Below, piece after piece: positions 58,049 through 64,000 of a stretch of DNA of 64,000 nt (position 1 is the stretch's first letter; each line of letters begins with the position of its first letter). The position numbers were made by a program, and so were the translations under genes. Below the pieces are notes generated by a model. The model saw only the letters and a program-made list of their open reading frames with translations, had not been told where the DNA came from and searched no databases. The DNA comes from an uncultured Gammaproteobacteria bacterium (GTDB lineage: Bacteria > Patescibacteriota > Microgenomatia > UBA10105 > UBA927), in assembly GCA_964394685.1 (NCBI GenBank), contig CAYMYO010000001.1, forward strand, positions 14 to 64,013. Reading direction: 5' to 3'.

Positions 58049-60342
58049 TTCAATGGGTCACACGTTTGTGGCCGGTTATCGTTCTTGTCTGTTTTGTCGG
58101 AATATTTTCATTACCGTATATAACAAAAGGGCTCATTCCTTTTCCCTCTAAATACCTCGTCACCTTTTTTGCTCCGTGGAATGCGTCTTACGGGATGCCT
58201 GTAAAAAATAACGCCATGCCGGATGTTATAACTCAGATCTATCCATGGAAGGCGCGTACGATCGATTCATGGAAACAAGGTCAATTTCCGCTTTGGAATC
58301 CATACGCATTTGCGGGTACTGCTCACGCAGCAAACTATCAGACAGCGGTGTTTAATCCAATAAACCTATTATTTTTTGTTCTGCCTTTTATTGACGCGTG
58401 GAGCTTTATGATTCTTCTCCAACCACTTCTTGCAGCCCTGGGAACATATCTATTTCTTCGCGCTCTTGACAGGTCGCAAGTCGCATCACTCATTGGATCT
58501 ATCGGATTTATGTTTTGCGGTTTTATTACCACATGGATGGCATACGGAACACTGGGGTATGCGGCACTCGCGTTGCCATGGATTTTATGGTCAATTGCAA
58601 TAAATTTTAGGAAACATTCCGTCTTAGGGAGAATAACACTTCCCATATTTGTTGCGATTTCTTTCCTCTCCGGGCATTTTCAAATTAGCTTGTATGTGGG
58701 TATTGCAGCAATACTATTTATTTGTTTTGAAGGATGGCAAAAAAGAAATTGGAAAGAAGTCATTTACTCATTGTTAGGTGTCGTTATCGGAATTGGATTT
58801 GCGGCGCCGCAATTGCTTCTTACGTATCATGCATATAGTGCATCAACACGTACAGATAGTTTTATTCGTTCAGAAGTTATCCCATGGAGCTATCTTATTA
58901 CACTCTTTTCGCCTGATTTCTTCGGAAATCCGGTAACAAGAAACGATTGGTTTGGTCATTACGCAGAATGGGGATCGTATGTAGGTATTGTACCTCTTAT
59001 ACTTTCGATTACCGCTTTGTTTGTATCTTTGAAGGGGTACAAAAAATATTTTCTTTTTCTTATCGGTATAACGATACTATTGGCATTTCCAACTCCTATA
59101 TCTGATATTCTTTTTCGATTGAGAGTTCCAATTCTTTCAACAAGTGCCGCTTCGCGGATTATTTTTCTTCTCAGTTTTGGGATTATCGGATTAGCGTCTT
59201 TTGGCATTGATGAGCTTATTGTTGTGTGGAAGGAAAAGAATAAAAAATTCTTACTGCCGCTTGTTATTGGATGTGCCATTTTCCTTTTCGTTTTTTGGAT
59301 GATGGTGCTCGGTGTTAAGCCGTTTCCTATTGACAAGCTCATTATCGCAAAGCGAAATATTATATTGCCGACGGCGTTAACTTTCATAACTCTCATTATT
59401 GTGATAACTGGATTTATCAGGAAATACAAACTACAGACAATTCTTCTCGCATTTCTATTAGGCATTGGTATGTTTGACATGTATCGTTATGCAACTAAAT
59501 GGATGCCGTTTGAAGAGAAAAAATATCTGTATCCCGAGTCAACTTCAATAGCATATGTAAGAAAAAACATCGATTTTAACCGTGTATTTGGAAATATCGG
59601 TGGAGAAGTAGGGAATATGTATCAACTTCCGCTCATTGAAGGATATGATGCGATGTACCAAGCGAGATACGGGGAATTTATTGGTGCTTCATCCAATGGA
59701 ATTGTCGCTCCTGCAGGAAGATCGGTAGTATCGTTTGATAAATATGGGAGATTTAACAGTGATGTGCTCCAGTTATTAGCTGTTCGGTATATCTATCAAA
59801 GAAAGAGTGATGGAAGAAATGTGTGGGCATTTCCCGTTTGGCAGTATCCAGACGGCGATATGGTGAAACGATTTGAAGATGAACATTATGAAGTATATGA
59901 ATATACTCGTGCATACCCTCGCGCGTTTTTAACTTCATCTTATGAAGTACGACGCGATCCGCAGGAAATAATTGATACACTTTTTAGAAATGACTTTGAT
60001 AGAAGAAATACACTTGTTCTTGAAGAAGAACCAAGTATTAAACCGATGCAAGGAGAAGGTGTTGCAAAAATTGCAAAGTATGAAGCAAATAGCGTAGTGA
60101 TTCAAACAAATAGCACAGTGCCGAAATTATTATTCTTATCCGATGTATATGATGACGGATGGGAAGCAACGATTGACGGAAAGAAGACAAAAATATACCT
60201 GGCAGATTATGATTTTCGAGCCGTTAGTGTCCCAGCTGGTATGCATACGATAGAATATAGATACCATCCGATAGAATTTCGCATTGGTCTGTTGGTTGCT
60301 TTTATAAGCGTTATTGTATTGGGCATTACACTACTATTATGA
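58024..60342 (+). CDS. YfhO-family GT-C membrane protein
   Basis: D...Q.YPW, PLWNPY.F.G, GH.Q, P.FFGNP, GYD, SD.Y..GW.A.IDGK. Confidence 0.85.
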   Translation: MGKTTKNIIQWVTRLWPVIVLVCFVGIFSLPYITKGLIPFPSKYLVTFFAPWNASYGMPVKNNAMPDVITQIYPWKARTIDSWKQGQFPLWNPYAFAGTAHAANYQTAVFNPINLLFFVLPFIDAWSFMILLQPLLAALGTYLFLRALDRSQVASLIGSIGFMFCGFITTWMAYGTLGYAALALPWILWSIAINFRKHSVLGRITLPIFVAISFLSGHFQISLYVGIAAILFICFEGWQKRNWKEVIYSLLGVVIGIGFAAPQLLLTYHAYSASTRTDSFIRSEVIPWSYLITLFSPDFFGNPVTRNDWFGHYAEWGSYVGIVPLILSITALFVSLKGYKKYFLFLIGITILLAFPTPISDILFRLRVPILSTSAASRIIFLLSFGIIGLASFGIDELIVVWKEKNKKFLLPLVIGCAIFLFVFWMMVLGVKPFPIDKLIIAKRNIILPTALTFITLIIVITGFIRKYKLQTILLAFLLGIGMFDMYRYATKWMPFEEKKYLYPESTSIAYVRKNIDFNRVFGNIGGEVGNMYQLPLIEGYDAMYQARYGEFIGASSNGIVAPAGRSVVSFDKYGRFNSDVLQLLAVRYIYQRKSDGRNVWAFPVWQYPDGDMVKRFEDEHYEVYEYTRAYPRAFLTSSYEVRRDPQEIIDTLFRNDFDRRNTLVLEEEPSIKPMQGEGVAKIAKYEANSVVIQTNSTVPKLLFLSDVYDDGWEATIDGKKTKIYLADYDFRAVSVPAGMHTIEYRYHPIEFRIGLLVAFISVIVLGITLLL

Positions 60343-61373
60343 AAATCGGATTATATAACCCCTATTTTGATTCATTTGGCGGAGGAGAGCGATATATGCT
60401 CACCCTAGGGGAACATTGGTCAAAAACTCATGACGTATCAATTTTTTGGGATGACAATACTATTATTGATACGTCCCAAAAAAGGTTCAAATTAGATTTA
60501 TCCAGGATAACAGTTGTACCGAATATATTTAAAAACGGATCTCTCATTAAAAAAATGTTGGTATCTGCTACGTATGATTGTATTGTGTTTTTAAGTGACG
60601 GAAGTGTTCCAATGTCCTTAGCTAAGCATAATATACTTCATTTTCAAGTTCCTTTTTCAAACGTCTCCATAAACAGCTGGAAAAAAAGTAGATATCAGCG
60701 GGTTGTGTGTAACTCAAAGTTTACCCAAAGACATTTGGATGCAACGATAGGAATTCCGACAACGGTTATTTATCCTCCTGTAGCAAATGAGGAATTTCAA
60801 GTTGCTATGAAAGAGAATGTCATAGTTTCAGTCGGACGGTTTAACGGTCATTACAACGTCAAGAAGCAGGATGTATTGATAGAAGTATTTATAGATATGG
60901 TAAAAGAACGAAAGTTAGCCGGGTGGAAATTGGTTTTAACTGGAGGCATGCTTCCGACCGATAAGGAATATGTAGAGAAATTGAAAAAGTTGAGTAAAAA
61001 CTATCCCATTGAAATTATTTCCAACGCGTCATTTGAAAAAATCCAATCCTTGTACGGGCTAGCTCGTCTGTATTGGCATGGAGCGGGATTTGAAGAAATG
61101 AAACCGGAACATATGGAGCATTTTGGCATATCAACCGTTGAAGCAATGTCTTCCGGATGCGCCCCAATCGTGTTTGCAGGTGGCGGACAGACGGAAATAG
61201 TGACGGATGGTGTAAACGGATATACATGGAAAACAAAAAAAGAACTTATGCATAAAACAATGATGGCAATCAAAAATGAAAGCATTATGAGCAGTAAAAT
61301 TACACAAAGATCGAAAGATTTTTCCAAAAACATTTTTAATCAGGCGTTCGACGATTTACTCAAATTGTTATGA
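60339..61373 (+). CDS. glycosyltransferase family 4 (GT-B)
   Basis: GGGERY, NSKFT, VGRF, EHFGISTVEAM. Confidence 0.92.
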   Translation: MKIGLYNPYFDSFGGGERYMLTLGEHWSKTHDVSIFWDDNTIIDTSQKRFKLDLSRITVVPNIFKNGSLIKKMLVSATYDCIVFLSDGSVPMSLAKHNILHFQVPFSNVSINSWKKSRYQRVVCNSKFTQRHLDATIGIPTTVIYPPVANEEFQVAMKENVIVSVGRFNGHYNVKKQDVLIEVFIDMVKERKLAGWKLVLTGGMLPTDKEYVEKLKKLSKNYPIEIISNASFEKIQSLYGLARLYWHGAGFEEMKPEHMEHFGISTVEAMSSGCAPIVFAGGGQTEIVTDGVNGYTWKTKKELMHKTMMAIKNESIMSSKITQRSKDFSKNIFNQAFDDLLKLL

Positions 61374-63574
61374 GGAAATACCTGTATGACTTTCTTGGAA
61401 TTGCAGTAATTGCTTGCATCGTCTTAGTATTTTTTTATAAAACGATTATTTACGGATTATTACCTGTCCCATCAGATACGCTCATTGGTTTATATCATCC
61501 ATATCGTGATGCATATCTCAATGAATTTACCAGAGGCGTACCATTTAAAAATTTTCTTATTACCGATCCAGTGAGGCAACAAATTCCATGGAGGAAACAA
61601 GTAATTGAATATTGGAAAAAAGGTACACTTCCTTCCTGGGATGCATGGAGTTTTTCTGGAACGACACTTGTTGGTAATATTCAAGCCGGATCATTTTACC
61701 CATTAAATATTTTATTTTTCTTATTTTCTTTTCCAGTTGCATGGTCGCTTCTTATTATTAGTCAACCACTTCTTGCCGGAATATTTTTGTATGTATTCTT
61801 ACGAAATAAAAAACTTGATATCATTCCGTCACTTATTGGAAGCATTGCATTCGCCTTTGGAGGCTATTCCATGTCCTGGCTTACATGGGGAACTATTGTC
61901 TCGACATTCCTTTGGACTCCGCTCATGTTTTTTGCGGTTGACAAAATTCACTTAGAGAAAAAAAGCTGGAAATGGAAAATAGTATTATTGTTTGCTCTGA
62001 CATTCTCATTTTTTGCCGGTCATTTGCAGTTTTTTATATACGGTGTTGTGTTTGTGATCTGGTATGCGTTCTGGGAATATTGGAAACCTCGTATATGTAA
62101 AATTACATGGTGGCATGGAATAATACCCGTTCTTTTTTTTCTTATCATAGGAGTGCAATGGATTCCTTTACTCCGATTTTTACCGATGACATCAAGAGTA
62201 GCAGGAGCTGCGTACCTACATGAGGGGTTTTTTGTTCCAATTGTGCATCTCATTCAATTTATTTCACCTGATTATTTCGGTAACCCAGCGACACTTAATT
62301 ACTGGGGTGTATGGAATTATGGAGAAATGACAGGATATGTAGGAGTCATCGTATTAACATTGGCTCTTCTTGGAATTGGAAAGAAGACTCTTATTTGGGT
62401 TATTCCAATTATTATTTCGTTGATTTTTGCAGTGGACTCGCCGATTAGTAGATTACCTTTTGTTCTTCATATACCGGGCATTTCTCTATTTCAGCCAACA
62501 CGTCTCATTATTGTTGTGGGTTTGTGTTTATCAATTCTTGCAGCATACGGAGCATCAAAGATATTTTTATTGTCAAAAAAGCAGAGAATTTTGACATTGG
62601 CAGTTATTGGTTGTTTGTTTGTTGTAGCATGGTTATTTGGAGAAAATCCCGTGACCCGCCGAAACTTAGTACTTCCGACCGTTTTGTATACGGTTTCTGT
62701 GATTGCTGTTGTCATATCGCTGTTTGCAGGAAAATGGAAATGGCTTCAAACAGTTCTTTTGTTATTGTTTTTTACAGTGAATATTTTTGATTTACTCCGC
62801 TTCGGATGGAAATTTACGTCATTTACGAGTTCGTCATATTTTTTTCCAGAGACAACAACCATTTCATTTCTAAAACAACAACCACAACCATTCCGCGTTA
62901 TGGTTTTAGATGACCGCGCATTACCGCCAAATGTTTTGACGTATTATGGAATTGAATCTGTCAGCGGATATGATCCCATTCATAGTTCGCGGTACGAAGA
63001 ATTTATTGCAGCCATGGAACGGGGAGAACCGAATATCACACCACCATTTGGATTTGAACGAATTATAACGCCAAAAAATTACTCATCTCCGCTATTTAAT
63101 CTATTAGGAGTCAAATATGTGATCACAATGAAGCAAATAAACAGTCCAAAGTTGAAGTTGATGCTTCAAGAAGGAGAAACCATTGTATACAAGAATAGTG
63201 ATTTTTCTCCACGAGCCTATTTGGCTGATACCATTTTCGTTAAAAAAATCAAACAGGACATAATTAATGGGTTGTATGATAAAAATTTTATTCCAGGTAA
63301 AACAGCAATTATTGAAAAAGAATTGCCTATAATCAGCGCACCTATTTTTATTTCTGAAGGAGTGTCGATTACTTCATATGCTCCAAATAAGATGACGTTG
63401 GATGTTACAGTTTTGAATAATCGATTACTCGTAATTGGAAATATGTTTAATCCGGGTTGGAAGGTGATGATTGATGGAAAAAAGACCGAAGTATATAAAA
63501 CCAACTATTTATTCTTCGGTGTTACTGTTCCCTCCGGAATGCATAAGATTGATATAATGTATACATCTTTATGA
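61370..63574 (+). CDS. YfhO-family GT-C membrane protein, paralog of 58024-60342
   Basis: DPVRQQIPW, FSGT, GHLQ, PDYFGNP, GYDP, PGWKV.IDGK. Confidence 0.85.
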   Translation: MRKYLYDFLGIAVIACIVLVFFYKTIIYGLLPVPSDTLIGLYHPYRDAYLNEFTRGVPFKNFLITDPVRQQIPWRKQVIEYWKKGTLPSWDAWSFSGTTLVGNIQAGSFYPLNILFFLFSFPVAWSLLIISQPLLAGIFLYVFLRNKKLDIIPSLIGSIAFAFGGYSMSWLTWGTIVSTFLWTPLMFFAVDKIHLEKKSWKWKIVLLFALTFSFFAGHLQFFIYGVVFVIWYAFWEYWKPRICKITWWHGIIPVLFFLIIGVQWIPLLRFLPMTSRVAGAAYLHEGFFVPIVHLIQFISPDYFGNPATLNYWGVWNYGEMTGYVGVIVLTLALLGIGKKTLIWVIPIIISLIFAVDSPISRLPFVLHIPGISLFQPTRLIIVVGLCLSILAAYGASKIFLLSKKQRILTLAVIGCLFVVAWLFGENPVTRRNLVLPTVLYTVSVIAVVISLFAGKWKWLQTVLLLLFFTVNIFDLLRFGWKFTSFTSSSYFFPETTTISFLKQQPQPFRVMVLDDRALPPNVLTYYGIESVSGYDPIHSSRYEEFIAAMERGEPNITPPFGFERIITPKNYSSPLFNLLGVKYVITMKQINSPKLKLMLQEGETIVYKNSDFSPRAYLADTIFVKKIKQDIINGLYDKNFIPGKTAIIEKELPIISAPIFISEGVSITSYAPNKMTLDVTVLNNRLLVIGNMFNPGWKVMIDGKKTEVYKTNYLFFGVTVPSGMHKIDIMYTSL

Positions 63575-64000
63575 AAATACCTACGGTTTCTATAGTTATT
63601 CCTAATTGGAATGGTGTGTATCTCATGGAGAAGCATCTCCAGCATGTTATGGATCGAACTCCTGGGGCAGAGATTATCATTGCAGATGATGTATCCTCAG
63701 ATGGATCAGTTGATTATCTCAAAAAGAATTTCCCGCATGTTATTGTGGTGTCAAGCAAGAAAAGACAAGGATTTGCCGGGAACGTCAATGCAGGAGTGGC
63801 GCGATCAACCGGTGAGATTGTGATTCTATTAAATACTGATGTAGAACCTGAAAAAGGATTCTTGCAACCGCTCTTGTCTCATTTTGATGACCCTGGCGTA
63901 TTTGCTGTTGGATGTTTAGAAAAAAGTTGGGAAAATGGCAAAGCTGTGCTTCGAGGACGTGGTATTGCTTCGTGGGAAAAAGGTTTTTATGTTCATAAGC
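63571..64000 (+). CDS. glycosyltransferase family 2 (runs off the window)
   Basis: Not in the ORF track. Manual reading MKIPTVSIVIPNWNG...IADDVSSDGS...GFAGNVNAG...LLNTD; ATGA overlap with the previous gene. Confidence 0.88.
   Translation, partial: MKIPTVSIVIPNWNGVYLMEKHLQHVMDRTPGAEIIIADDVSSDGSVDYLKKNFPHVIVVSSKKRQGFAGNVNAGVARSTGEIVILLNTDVEPEKGFLQPLLSHFDDPGVFAVGCLEKSWENGKAVLRGRGIASWEKGFYVHK

Noticed and set aside
58959-59480. Long antisense ORFs within membrane-protein genes (also 22735-23223 and 54702-55124)
   Set aside because: Fully nested opposite well-supported genes and lacking motifs; expected from codon bias
1-64000. Alternative genetic code (TGA as Gly/Trp), prophage or IS element
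   Set aside because: Many intact genes end in TGA with ATGA overlaps; no phage structural, integrase or transposase motifs were recognised

Overview
Bacterial chromosomal segment in genetic code 11. Compact, often overlapping genes, apparently leaderless starts, a truncated TsaB, short palindromic repeats and many GT-C glycosyltransferases suggest a Patescibacteria/CPR (Microgenomates-like) genome; this is an inference, not a database result. The left half (1-33.6 kb) holds housekeeping genes (hflX, mltG, cspA, tRNA-Glu, greA, lysS, rdgB, serS, secA, ABC exporters, ruvCAB, prfB, ftsEX, tsaE/C/B) interleaved with small accessory inserts. The right half (33.7-64 kb) is a cell-surface glycosylation locus with rmlACBD, ugd, a gmd/rmd-like gene, a Wzx flippase, GT2/GT4 enzymes and about 8 GT-C membrane proteins. 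Main observations: (1) three core genes (secA, ruvB, tsaB) each have a second, displaced and diverged copy of their own 3' end downstream of extra DNA, with no integrase in the window; (2) a coupled three-gene module of two small, apparently paralogous proteins plus a stand-alone caspase/CHAT-fold (clan CD) protease; (3) a tandem cassette-like array of repeat, gene and tRNA 3' fragment beside tRNA-Glu; (4) a circularly permuted M23 peptidase next to ftsEX; (5) covarying REP-like palindromes and a palindrome inserted in frame in rmlD. No CRISPR array, rRNA, transposase or integrase was seen.
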